Shown here piece after piece: positions 13,501-26,703 of a stretch of 64,000 bases of DNA; position 1 is the first letter of the stretch, and each line of letters starts with the position of its first letter. This stretch comes from Nemertoderma westbladi (lineage: Eukaryota; Animalia; Xenacoelomorpha): contig JAUCBJ010000961.1 of assembly GCA_032718475.1 (NCBI GenBank), positions 42,417 to 106,416 on the forward strand. Reading direction: 5' to 3'. Both the position numbers and the translations under genes were made by a program. A model generated the notes under the pieces. The model ran no database searches, was not told the origin of the DNA, and saw nothing but the letters and a program-made list of their open reading frames with translations.

Positions 13501-16500
13501 CGTCTACGGCAAGGTCCCATATCCGTCTATGGCAAGGTCCCATATCCGTCTACAGGCAAGGTCCCATATCCGTCTACGGCAAGGTCCCATATCCGTTAAT
13601 GGCAAGGTCCCATATCCGTCTATGGCAAGGTCCCATATCCGTCTATGGCAAGGTCCCATATCCGTTAATGGCAAGGTCCCATATCCGTCTATGGCAAGGT
13701 CCCATATCCGTCTATGGCAAGGTCCCATATCCGTCTATGGCAAGGTCCCATATCCGTCTATGGCAAGGTCCCATATCCGTCTACAGCAAGGTCCCATATC
13801 CGTCTATGGCAAGGTCCCATATCCGTCTACGGCAAGGTCCCATATCCGTCTATGGCAAGGTCCCATATCCGTCTATGGCAAGGTCCCATATCCGTCTATG
13901 GCAAGGTCCCATATCCGTCTATGGCAAGGTCCCATATCCGTCTATGGCAAGGTCCCATATCCGTCTATGGCAAGGTCCCATATCCGTCTACAGCAAGGTC
14001 CCATATCCGTCTACAGCAAGGTCCCATATCCGTCTACAGCAAGGTCCCATATCCGTCTATGGCAAGGTCCCATATCCGTCTATGGCAAGGTCCCATATCC
14101 GTCTATGGCAAGGTCCCATATCCGTCTACAGCAAGGTCCCATATCCGTCTATGGCAAGGTCCCATATCCGTTACGGCAAGGTCCCATATCCGTCTACGGC
14201 AAGGTCCCATATCCGTTAATGGCAAGGTCCCATATCCGTCTATGGCAAGGTCCCATATCCGTACGGCAAGGTCCCATATCCGTCTACGGCAAGGTCCCAT
14301 ATCCGTCTACGGCAAGGTCCCATATCCGTCTATGGCAAGGTCCCATATCCGTCTATGGCAAGGTCCCATATCCGTCTATGGCAAGGTCCCATATCCGTCT
14401 ACGGCAAGGTCCCATATCCGTCTATGGCAAGGTCCCATATCCGTCTACATGCAAGGTCCCATATCCGTCTACGGCAAGGTCCCATATCCGTCTATGGCAA
14501 GGTCCCATATCCGTTATGGCAAGGTCCCATATCCGTCTACGGCAAGGTCCCATATCCGTCTATGGCAAGGTCCCATATCCGTCTAATGGCAAGGTCCCAT
14601 ATCCGTCTACGGCAAGGTCCCATATCCGTCTATGGCAAGGTCCCATATCCGTACGGCAAGGTCCCATATCCATCTATGTCAAGGTTACATATCCGTTAAT
14701 GGCAAGGTCCCATATCCGTCTATGGCAAGGTCCCATATCCGTCTACGGCAAGGTCCCATATCCGTCTATGGCAAGGTCCCATATCCGTTAATGGCAAGGT
14801 CCCATATCCGTCTACGGCAAGGTCCCATATCCGTTAATGGCAAGGTCCCATATCCGTTAATGGCAAGGTCCCATATCCGTATGGCAAGGTCCCATATCCG
14901 TCTACGGCAAGGTCCCATATCCGTCTACATGGCAAGGTCCCATATCCTCTATGCAAGGTCCCATATCCGTTATGGCAAGGTCCCATATCCGTCTATGGCA
15001 AGGTCCCATATCCGTCTATGGCAAGGTCCCATATCCGTCTACGGCAAGGTCCCATATCCGTCTACGGCAAGGTCCCATATCCGTCTATGGCAAGGTCCCA
15101 TATCCGTCTACGGCAAGGTCCCATATCCGTCTATGGCAAGGTCCCATATCCGTCTACGGCAAGGTCCCATATCCGTCTATGGCAAGGTCCCATATCCGTC
15201 TATGGCAAGGTCCCATATCCGTCTACGGCAAGGTCCCATATCCGTCTACGGCAAGGTCCCATATCCATCTATGCAAGGTCCCATATCCGTTACGGCAAGG
15301 TCCCATATCCAGTCTATCGATGGCAAGGTCCCATATCCGTCTATGGCAAGGTCCCATATCCGTCTACGGCAAGGTCCCATATCCGTCTACGGCAAGGTCC
15401 CATATCCGTCTACGGCAAGGTCCCATATCCGTCTATGGCAAGGTCCCATATCCGTCTACGGCAAGGTCCCATATCCGTCTACGGCAAGGTCCCATATCCG
15501 TCTATGGCAAGGTCCCATATCCGTCTATGGCAAGGTCCCATATCCGTCTACGGCAAGGTCCCATATCCGTCTATGGCAAGGTCCCATATCCGTCTACGGC
15601 AAGGTCCCATATCCGTCTATGGCAAGGTCCCATATCCGTCTACGGCAAGGTCCCATATCCGTCTACGGCAAGGTCCCATATCCGTCTATGGCAAGGTCCC
15701 ATATCCGTTAATGGCAAGGTCCCATATCCGTCTACGGCAAGGTCCCATATCCGTCTATGGCAAGGTCCCATATCCGTCTACGGCAAGGTCCCATATCCGT
15801 CTATGGCAAGGTCCCATATCCGTTAATGGCAAGGTCCCATATCCGTTAATGGCAAGGTCCCATATCCGTATGGCAAGGTCCCATATCCGTCTACGGCAAG
15901 GTCCCATATCCGTTAATGGCAAGGTCCCATATCCGTCTACAGCAAGGTCCCATATCCGTTATGGCAAGGTCCCATATCCGTTAATGGCAAGGTCCCATAT
16001 CCGTCTACAGCAAGGTCCCATATCCGTCTACGGCAAGGTCCCATATCCGTCTACGGCAAGGTCCCATATCCGTCTACGGCAAGGTCCCATATCCGTCTAC
16101 GGCAAGGTCCCATATCCGTCTACGGCAAGGTCCCATATCCGTCTACGGCAAGGTCCCATATCCGTCTACGGCAAGGTCCCATATCCGTCTACGGCAAGGT
16201 CCCATATCCGTCTACGGCAAGGTCCCATATCCGTCTACGGCAAGGTCCCATATCCGTTAATGGCAAGGTCCCATATCCGTCTACAGCAAGGTCCCATATC
16301 CGTCTACGGCAAGGTCCCATATCCGTATGGCAAGGTCCCATATCCGTCTACAGCAAGGTCCCATATCCGTCTACGGCAAGGTCCCATATCCGTCTACAGC
16401 AAGGTCCCATATCCGTATGGCAAGGTCCCATATCCGTCTACGGCAAGGTCCCATATCCGTCTACGGCAAGGTCCCATATCCGTCTACGGCAAGGTCCCAT

Positions 16501-19500
16501 ATCCGTCTACAGCAAGGTCCCATATCCGTCTATGGCAAGGTCCCATATCCGTCTACGGCAAGGTCCCATATCCGTCTACGGCAAGGTCCCATATCCGTCT
16601 ACGGCAAGGTCCCATATCCGTCTACGGCAAGGTCCCATATCCGTCTACGGCAAGGTCCCATATCCGTCTACGGCAAGGTCCCATATCCGTTAATGGCAAG
16701 GTCCCATATCCGTCTATGGCAAGGTCCCATATCCGTCTACGGCAAGGTCCCATATCCGTCTACGGCAAGGTCCCATATCCGTCTACGGCAAGGTCCCATA
16801 TCCGTCTACAGGCAAGGTCCCATATCCGTTAATGGCAAGGTCCCATATCCGTTAATGGCAAGGTCCCATATCCGTCTACAGCAAGGTCCCATATCCGTCT
16901 ACGGCAAGGTCCCATATCCGTCTACGGCAAGGTCCCATATCCGTCTACGGCAAGGTCCCATATCCGTCTACGGCAAGGTCCCATATCCGTCTACGGCAAG
17001 GTCCCATATCCGTCTACGGCAAGGTCCCATATCCGTCTACGGCAAGGTCCCATATCCGTCTACGGCAAGGTCCCATATCCGTCTACGGCAAGGTCCCATA
17101 TCCGTCTACGGCAAGGTCCCATATCCGTTAATGGCAAGGTCCCATATCCGTCTACAGCAAGGTCCCATATCCGTATGGCAAGGTCCCATATCCGTTAATG
17201 GCAAGGTCCCATATCCGTCTACAGCAAGGTCCCATATCCGTCTACGCAAGGTCCCATATCCGTTAATGGCAAGGTCCCATATCCGTTAATGGCAAGGTCC
17301 CATATCCGTCTACAGCAAGGTCCCATATCCGTCTACGGCAAGGTCCCATATCCGTTAATGGCAAGGTCCCATATCCGTCTATGGCAAGGTCCCATATCCG
17401 TCTATGGCAAGGTCCCATATCCGTCTACAGCAAGGTCCCATATCCGTTAATGGCAAGGTCCCATATCCGTCTATGGCAAGGTCCCATATCCGTATGGCAA
17501 GGTCCCATATCCGTCTACGGCAAGGTCCCATATCCGTTAATGGCAAGGTCCCATATCCGTCTATGGCAAGGTCCCATATCCGTCTATGGCAAGGTCCCAT
17601 ATCCGTTAATGGCAAGGTCCCATATCCGTCTATGGCAAGGTCCCATATCCGTCTACGGCAAGGTCCCATATCCGTTAATGGCAAGGTCCCATATCCGTCT
17701 ACGGCAAGGTCCCATATCCGTCTACAGCAAGGTCCCATATCCGTTAATGGCAAGGTCCCATATCCGTCTACAGCAAGGTCCCATATCCGTTAATGGCAAG
17801 GTCCCATATCCGTATGGCAAGGTCCCATATCCGTCTACAGCAAGGTCCCATATCCGTTAATGGCAAGGTCCCATATCCGTCTACAGCAAGGTCCCATATC
17901 CGTTAATGGCAAGGTCCCATATCCGTATGGCAAGGTCCCATATCCGTCTACAGCAAGGTCCCATATCCGTTAATGGCAAGGTCCCATATCCGTTAATGGC
18001 AAGGTCCCATATCCGTCTATGGCAAGGTCCCATATCCGTCTACGGCAAGGTCCCATATCCGTTAATGGCAAGGTCCCATATCCGTCTACGGCAAGGTCCC
18101 ATATCCGTCTACAGCAAGGTCCCATATCCGTTAATGGCAAGGTCCCATATCCGTTAATGGCAAGGTCCCATATCCGTCTACGGCAAGGTCCCATATCCGT
18201 CTATGGCAAGGTCCCATATCCGTCTACAGCAAGGTCCCATATCCGTTAATGGCAAGGTCCCATATCCGTCTACAGCAAGGTCCCATATCCGTTAATGGCA
18301 AGGTCCCATATCCGTATGGCAAGGTCCCATATCCGTCTACAGCAAGGTCCCATATCCGTTAATGGCAAGGTCCCATATCCGTCTACAGCAAGGTCCCATA
18401 TCCGTTAATGGCAAGGTCCCATATCCGTATGGCAAGGTCCCATATCCGTCTACAGCAAGGTCCCATATCCGTCTATGGCAAGGTCCCATATCCGTCTATG
18501 GCAAGGTCCCATATCCGTCTACGGCAAGGTCATATATCCATCTATGACAAGGTCCCATATCCGTCTACGGCAAGGTCCCATATCCGTCTACGGCAAGGTC
18601 CCATATCCGTCTATGGCAAGGTCCCATATCCGTCTATGGCAAGGTCCCATATCCGTTAATGGCAAGGTCCCATATCCGTCTACGGCAAGGTCCCATATCC
18701 GTCTATGGCAAGGTCCCATATCCATCTATGTCAAGGTTACATATCCGTTAATGGCAAGGTCCCATATCCATCTATGTCAAGGTCCCATATCCTTGTACGG
18801 CAAGGTCCCATATCCGTTAATGGCAAGGTCTCATATCCTTGTACGGCAAGGTCCCATATCCGTTAATGGCAAGGTCCCATATCCGTCTATGGCAAGGTCC
18901 CATATCCGTCTATGGCAAGGTCCCATATCCGTCTACGGCAAGGTCCCATATCCGTCTACAGCAAGGTCCCATATCCGTCTATGGCAAGGTCCCATATCCA
19001 TCTATGTCAAGGTTACATATCCGTTAATGGCAAGGTCCCATATCCATCTATGTCAAGGTCCCATATCCTTGTACGGCAAGGTCCCATATCCGTTAATGGC
19101 AAGGTCCCATATCCGTTAATGGCAAGGTCCCATATCCATCTATGTCAAGGTCCCATATCCTTGTACGGCAAGGTCCCATATCCGTTAATGGCAAGGTCCC
19201 ATATCCGTATGGCAAGGTCCCATATCCGTCTACGGCAAGGTCCCATATCCGTCTATGGCAAGGTCCCATATCCGTTAATGGCAAGGTCCCATATCCGTCT
19301 ACGGCAAGGTCCCATATCCGTCTATGGCAAGGTCCCATATCCGTCTACGGCAAGGTCCCATATCCGTCTACAGCAAGGTCCCATATCCGTCTATGGCAAG
19401 GTCCCATATCCGTTAATGGCAGGGTCCCATATCCGTCTACGGCAAGGTCCCATATCCGTCTATGGCAAGGTCCCATATCCGTCTACGGCAAGGTCCCATA

Positions 19501-22417
19501 TCCGTCTACGGCAAGGTCCTATATCCGTATGGCAAGGTCCCATATCCGTTAATGGCAAGGTCCCATATCCATCTATGACAAGGTCCCATATCCGTGTACG
19601 GCAAGGTCCCATATCCGTCTATGGCAAGGTCCCATATCCGTCTATGGCAAGGTCCCATATCCGTCTATGGCAAGGTCCCATATCCGTTAATGGCAAGGTC
19701 CCATATCCGTTAATGGCAAGGTCCCATATCCGTCTATGGCAAGGTCCCATATCCGTCTACGGCAAGGTCCCATATCCGTCTACAGCAAGGTCCCATATCC
19801 GTCTACGGCAAGGTCCCATATCCGTCTATGGCAAGGTCCCATATCCATCTATGACAAGGTCCCATATCCGTGTACGGCAAGGTCCCATATCCGTCTATGG
19901 CAAGGTCCCATATCCGTCTATGGCAAGGTCCCATATCCGTCTATGGCAAGGTCCCATATCCGTTAATGGCAAGGTCCCATATCCGTCTACGGCAAGGTCC
20001 CATATCCGTCTACGGCAAGGTCCCATATCCGTCTACAGCAAGGTCCCATATCCGTCTACGGCAAGGTCCCATATCCGTCTATGGCAAGGTCCCATATCCG
20101 TTAATGGCAAGGTCCCATATCCGTCTACGGCAAGGTCCCATATCCGTCTATGGCAAGGTCCCATATCCGTCTACGGCAAGGTCCCATATCCGTCTACGGT
20201 AAGGTCCCATATCCGTATGGCAAGGTCCCATATCCGTTAATGGCAAGGTCCCATATCCGTCTATGGCAAGGTCCCATATCCGTCTATGGCAAGGTCCCAT
20301 ATCCGTCTACGGCAAGGTCCCATATCCGTTAATGGCAAGGTCCCATATCCGTTAATGGCAAGGTCCCATATCCGTGTACGGCAAGGTCCCATATCCGTCT
20401 ACGGCAAGGTCCCATATCCATCTATATCAAGGTCCCATATCCATCTATATCAAGGTCCCATATCCGTCTACGGCAAGGTCCCATATCCATCTATATCAAG
20501 GTCCCATATCCATCTATATCAAGGTCCCATATCCATCGCGTCTACGGCAAGGTCCCATATCCGTCTACGGCAAGGTCCCATATCCATATATATCAAGGTC
20601 CCATATCCGTCTACGGCAAGGTCCCATATCCGTTAATGGCAAGGTCCCATATCCGTCTACAGCAAGGTCCCATATCCGTTAATGGCAAGGTCCCATATCC
20701 GTTAATGGCAAGGTCCCATATCCATCGCGTCTACGGCAAGGTCCCATATCCGTCTACGGCAAGGTCCCATATCCATCTATATCAAGGTCCCATATCCGTC
20801 TACAGCAAGGTCCGATATCCGTTAATGGCAAGGTCCCATATCCGTCTACGGCAAGGTCCCATATCCGTCTATGGCAAGGTCCCATATCCGTATGGCAAGG
20901 TCCCATATCCGTCTACGGCAAGGTCCCATATCCATCTATGACAAGGTCCCATATCCGTGTACGGCAAGGTCCCATATCCGTCTATGGCAAGGTCCCATAT
21001 CCGTCTATGGCAAGGTCCCATATCCGTCTATGGCAAGGTCCCATATCCGTTAATGGCAAGGTCCCATATCCGTCTACGGCAAGGTCCCATATCCGTCTAC
21101 GGCAAGGTCCCATATCCGTCTACAGCAAGGTCCCATATCCGTCTACGGCAAGGTCCCATATCCGTCTATGGCAAGGTCCCATATCCGTTAATGGCAAGGT
21201 CCCATATCCGTCTACGGCAAGGTCCCATATCCGTCTATGGCAAGGTCCCATATCCGTCTACGGCAAGGTCCCATATCCGTCTACGGTAAGGTCCCATATC
21301 CGTATGGCAAGGTCCCATATCCGTTAATGGCAAGGTCCCATATCCGTCTATGGCAAGGTCCCATATCCGTCTATGGCAAGGTCCCATATCCGTCTACGGC
21401 AAGGTCCCATATCCGTTAATGGCAAGGTCCCATATCCGTTAATGGCAAGGTCCCATATCCGTGTACGGCAAGGTCCCATATCCGTCTACGGCAAGGTCCC
21501 ATATCCATCTATATCAAGGTCCCATATCCATCTATATCAAGGTCCCATATCCGTCTACGGCAAGGTCCCATATCCATCTATATCAAGGTCCCATATCCAT
21601 CTATATCAAGGTCCCATATCCATCGCGTCTACGGCAAGGTCCCATATCCGTCTACGGCAAGGTCCCATATCCATATATATCAAGGTCCCATATCCGTCTA
21701 CGGCAAGGTCCCATATCCGTTAATGGCAAGGTCCCATATCCGTCTACAGCAAGGTCCCATATCCGTTAATGGCAAGGTCCCATATCCGTTAATGGCAAGG
21801 TCCCATATCCATCGCGTCTACGGCAAGGTCCCATATCCGTCTACGGCAAGGTCCCATATCCATCTATATCAAGGTCCCATATCCGTCTACAGCAAGGTCC
21901 GATATCCGTTAATGGCAAGGTCCCATATCCGTCTACGGCAAGGTCCCATATCCGTCTATGGCAAGGTCCCATATCCGTATGGCAAGGTCCCATATCCGTC
22001 TACGGCAAGGTCCCATATCCGTCTATGGCAAGGTCCCATATCCGTCTACGGCAAGGTCCCATATCCGTTAATGGCAAGGTCCCATATCCGTATGGCAAGG
22101 TCCCATATCCGTCTACGGCAAGGTCCCATATCCGTTAATGGCAAGGTCCCATATCCGTTAATGGCAAGGTCCCATATCCGTATGGCAAGGTCCCATATCC
22201 ATCTATATCAAGGTCCCATATCCGTTAATGGCAAGGTCCCATATCCGTATGGCAAGGTCCCATATCCATCTATATCAAGGTCCCATATCCGTCTACGGCA
22301 AGGTCCCATATCCGTCTACAGCAAGGTCCCATATCCATCGCGTCTACGGCAAGGTCCCATATCCGTCTATGGCAAGGTCCCATATCCGTCTATGGCAAGG
22401 TCCCATATCCGGCAAGG

Positions 22418-22717
22418 TTCCCCCAAGCTTGACACTAGAACAAAATCGCCTCCGCTTTGCAGGACATTGCTTTCGCCGTGAGGACCAGCCAGTGCATAAT
22501 CTTGTACTTTGGCAGCCTCATGGAGTGAATAAGAATGGTGGACAGCCCATGACTTTCTTGAGACGCATCTTAAAGGACACTGGCCTTAAAGATGCGGATG
22601 ATCTAGCAAATGTCATGGGTGATAGGGAGTTGTGGCGGTGCAATTTTGTTGACAAGCCGGCACAGCATTCTTAAAAATGCAGCTGCAATGCAGCATGCCG
22701 ATCCTAGTAGTAGTAGT
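22418..22717 (+). mobile_element. 5'-truncated RTE/RTEX-like LINE 3' end with (TAG)n tail, inserted in the array
   Basis: RLRFAGHCFR...LVLWQP...DTGL...MGDRELWR is typical of the RTE-clade ORF C-terminus; followed by a stop, a short UTR and ctagtagtagtagt. Confidence 0.85.
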
Positions 22718-23522
22718 ATGGCAAGGTCCCATATCCGTATGGCAAGGTCCCATATCCGTCTATGGCAAGGTCCCATATCCGTCTATGGCAAGGTCCCATA
22801 TCCGTCTACAGCAAGGTCCCATATCCGTCTACAGCAAGGTCCCATATCCGTCTATGGCAAGGTCCCATATCCGTCTACGGCAAGGTCCCATATCCGTCTA
22901 TGGCAAGGTCCCATATCCGTCTACGGCAAGGTCCCATATCCGTATGGCAAGGTCCCATATCCGTCTACAGCAAGGTCCCATATCCGTCTACGGCAAAGTC
23001 CCATATCCGTCTACGGCAAGGTCCCATATCCGTCGCGTCTACGGCAAGGTCCCATATCCGTCTACAGCAAGGTCCCATATCCGTCTACAGCAAGGTCCCA
23101 TATCCGTCTACAGCAAGGTCCCATATCCGTCTACAGCAAGGTCCCATATCCGTCTACAGCAAGGTCCCATATCCGTCTACAGCAAGGTCCCATATCCGTC
23201 TACAGCAAGGTCCCATATCCGTCTACAGCAAGGTCCCATATCCGTCTACAGCAAGGTCCCATATCCGTCGCTGTTTTCCCGAGGTTGTTATCGTATTACC
23301 CCATCCCCTGGTTTAATATCAACCCCGGCAGGTTGACGACCTGTTGTCGCATCTCCTGTTTCTTTACAAATACGTTCCGAGAGACCGCCAGCTGTCTCCT
23401 AACTGTACTACAGTCAGTACCAGTGGGGTACCCGACGATAATTAACTAAGTGGTTAACGGTTGCTATCTGCCACATCGCAGTACAGCGCAGTAGTATCAC
23501 AATACAGTTGTACTGTTTATCC

Positions 23523-23658
23523 TTAAGGGGAGATGGTACCCCAGGCTGCCCCCATACATTTTACTATTAAGGGGAGATGGTACCCCAGGCTGCCCCCATA
23601 CATTTTACTATTAAGGGGAGATGGTACCCCAGGCTGTCCCCATACATGTTACTATTAA
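23523..23658. repeat. 44-bp tandem triplication containing TTAA plus the left TIR of the adjacent element
   Basis: TTAAGGGGAGATGGTACCCCAGGCTG... at 23523, 23567 and 23611. Confidence 0.95.
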
Positions 23659-24485
23659 CACATGTGTACCCATTACGCTGGTTCTACAAGATGGAATTTC
23701 ATGAAAATAACTATAGAGACACCCCTGGAACCTAAAAAAATTTGAAATTTTTTGTGTCTATGTTTGAGGGTCACTAAACTTCATTGCACCAAAAACCAAA
23801 AAATGACACATTTTCGAAGTTTATATTAGAAATACATTTGATAATTGTTTCAAACATGTGTAATATGTTTTTAGAGGTTCCACAATTGTGTCTCAGAACA
23901 ACAAACCTGCTGCGAAAATTTCAGCCAATTCCATCTAGCCGTTCTCGAGAAAAAGGTAGCCTACATTTATCTCTAAATTGTACAAAAAGTAAAAGCGGAA
24001 TAAAACGCATTTAAAGTTTTCAAACCTTCCCGCTAATTTTATATAAATCGCTGGGAATTAAAAAAAAAAAGCCAAAATATAATAAACTACTCCAGCCTAC
24101 CAAAATGTACGATTTAGGGTTTTCGTAGTCGCTGAGTTAATTTCTGATATCTGTTTTCATGTTTAATGATATCTGGAATTTCTGTTTGTCTGTCTTTCTG
24201 TCTGTCAATCTCAGACAATAAATAAGTAAACACACCACTTTACTATAATTTATGATATGGGGGGGGGGGGGGGGGGGTGGTTTCCCTAGTAGCTGATTCC
24301 ATTCCCGATGTCAATTTTACTATTTGACTGAACCTATAATGTCTGTTTGTCTTTTTTTACTCCTGTCTGTCTGTCAGTCAAAATATAAGGAGGCATATCA
24401 CCTGAACAAAATTTCTGATATGGGGGTTATCCTAGTCGCTGATTTCGTTTCTAATACCTGTTTTAATGTTTGATTACATCTGGGC

Positions 24486-24518
<33 letters not shown>

Positions 24519-25139
24519 GACTCGGTCTCACAGAAAAAAACTGTATTTAAGTAAACACATCACTTTACTATAATTTCTGATATGCGGGTTTTTCTAGTCG
24601 CTGATTTCATTTTCGATGTCTTATTTACTAGTACTAGGATCGGCATGCTGCATTGCAGCTGCATTTTTAAGAATGCTGTGCCGGCTTGTCGACAAAATTG
24701 CACCGCCACAACTCCCTATCACCCATGACATTTGCTAGATCATCTGCATCGTCAAGACCAGTGTCCTTTAAGATGCGTCTCAAGAAAGTCATAGGCTGTC
24801 CACCATGCTTATTCAATCCATGAGGCTGCGTGCCATTAGGTAGCCCGCCAACTTGGTGATTGACAACTTAACTGGTCCCATTTTCTGGTGGATAGTGCAA
24901 GGGAATTGTAGCAATAATTTTAGTTAGGTGGTGTACATTTTATATAATAATAATAATTTGTTGAGAAACAGAAGAACAGACCAATAGACAGACAAACATA
25001 AAACTTAAGCTTATGTATGATGTTAGGATTTCGATTTCTGAAATCTACGTTAAATTCAGATTTAGAATTAATTAAAAAATCTTCTAAAATCTTCTCTTTT
25101 TTAAAAAAAAGGCTTCTGGTTCTGGCTTACCATCTCCCC
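23615..25139. mobile_element. Non-autonomous TTAA-flanked DNA transposon (Kolobok-like termini)
   Basis: TTAA-GGGGAGATGGTA ... TACCATCTCCCC-TTAA: perfect 12-bp TIR plus TTAA on both sides; purine-purine start; internal (GTCT)n subrepeats; no ORF. Confidence 0.75.
24627..24829 (-). mobile_element. Second, inverted and shorter copy of the RTE-like LINE 3' end
   Basis: Reverse complement of about 22511-22712 with scattered substitutions. Confidence 0.9.
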
Positions 25140-25718
25140 TTAAGACACCAAATGAAAGATAAAAAAAAAATTATTTACAAAAAAATAATTCATATAAGTT
25201 TATAATTTGATAGAACGGTTTTCATTGGTGGTATCGGTTTTCACCATCGAGTGATTTTTTCACCACAAAACAGCACTTTTTAAAATTGGAATCTTCGAAA
25301 AAAAATTATTACTTTTTTATATAAAAAATTATTGAAATTTTTTCGAAATTTTTTTACTGTTTTCAGCAATTAAATATGAAAAATGAAAAAAAAACCACAG
25401 GGAACGTGAAACGGCAGAGTCCAAAAAGGCAGCATTTAATTTATTCAACAGTTTCTAATTATGGCTGCTATTCATTACTCTCTGTATAAAACAAACTTTT
25501 TCTCAGTTTGTCGATTTTCACATTTTTAATCACCAAATTCCCAAAGACTACGTACGTTGTTATATTTCAATTTTCATCGAACATATACTAATGTTCAGCA
25601 ACTTAATGCTGTTCGGCTGCGAACGTGAGTATTGAGGGCACAAAGACGACTTCTGTGCGGTTCCCCCAGGACTATACTCTCCAGAGGAATCTCTAGTACT
25701 CATTTAGATACCATTTAA

Positions 25719-26703
25719 GAGGGGGGGGTGTAGCGCATCTTCTGACAAAAAAGTCGAATTTTTGGAATGGAAATGGAATGCAGAGTCATGTGCCAACTCA
25801 TAGCCCCGTGCCACCTCATAGCCCCGTGCCAACTCATAGCCCCGTGCCACCTCATAGCCCCGTGCCAACTCATAGCCCAGTGCCACCTCATAGCCCAGTG
25901 CCACCTCATAGCCCCGTGCCAACTCATAGCCCCGTGCCACCTCACATCGATGGGTATCACCATTTAATATGTTCGAACTCTAGCCCTTTCCATAAACGTA
26001 TGCCTAGTTGTTTGTGCATCCATTGTTCGCTAACCTGTTCCGACCGCCACCACGCATTAACTTGCAGCTTACGCCCTTCCCTCTCCGCTCTTTCCAAACA
26101 CAGTCTCACTACTCGCTCCTAACTATTTATTTATTGTGCTAAATATAACCTTAGTTACTTATATTATTTACCTCGGTTTGGAGGTGTACATAATAATATT
26201 ATTATATATCACGATATTGATAAATACGAGATTTGGAGATTATACATTGTGAAGATCTCCGATGACCGATAAGTCCATTCCGTGTAATCCAGCAAAGTCG
26301 CTTATTCGAGTCCCGTCTTCATTCCGGAGACTTGAAGTTGTCTTATAAACTGATCAGTAGGTCCAATATTCATAAAAAAATACGTTCTCAATTAAAATTG
26401 TATGCTCTTTCTCGTGGAGACATCCAGTTAGCACCACTGAGCACAGAAAATGGCAGAAATTGAATGCAAACCCCAAACTTTATCGCATTTACCGATATCG
26501 CGATATGTTTACTCCAGATATCTCGAAAACTAAGCAAGATATGGGAAAACGGTTTCCATATTTGGATTCAGCATGAAAATTTGCCTCAGATAGGATATGT
26601 TTCAAATTTTTTTTTACTTTTGGTCAGACGTAAGACTTTAGGTCTTTAAAGACTTTTTGGTCAGAAAATGCGTTACCCCCCCCCCCCCCCCCCCCCCCCC
26701 CCC
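25719..26703. mobile_element. TTAA-flanked MITE-like element with poly-G/C imperfect TIRs
   Basis: TTAA-GAGGGGGGGGTGTAGCGCATCTTCTGACAAAAAAGTC on the left versus GACTTTTTGGTCAGAAAATGCGTTACCCC...CC-TTAA on the right. Confidence 0.7.
25790..25945. repeat. 18-bp minisatellite GTGCCA(A/C)CTCATAGCCC(C/A), about 8.5 units
   Basis: Directly visible; inside the MITE-like element. Confidence 0.95.

Larger units (their letters stand above)
3806..23268. repeat. About 19.4 kb 23-bp minisatellite: GCAAGGTCCCATATCCG + TCTATG/TTAATG/TCTACG/TCTACA (21-bp variant TATG)
   Basis: Directly visible; roughly 820 units; interrupted by a SINE at 4234 and a LINE 3' end at about 22418. Confidence 0.99.

Noticed and set aside
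8580-17250. Many single-base indel variants in the middle of the 23-bp array as real diversity
   Set aside because: Mostly sporadic, and they look like lower consensus accuracy; array length and variant order here are uncertain.
3806-23268. CRISPR-like constant repeat with variable linker
   Set aside because: The variable part is only 4-6 nt drawn from about 5 recurring variants; no unique spacers, no cas genes, and a eukaryotic context.
3827-23449. Dozens of MARSHIR/GKVPYP ORFs
   Set aside because: Translations of the 23-bp repeat in all frames; no coding signal.
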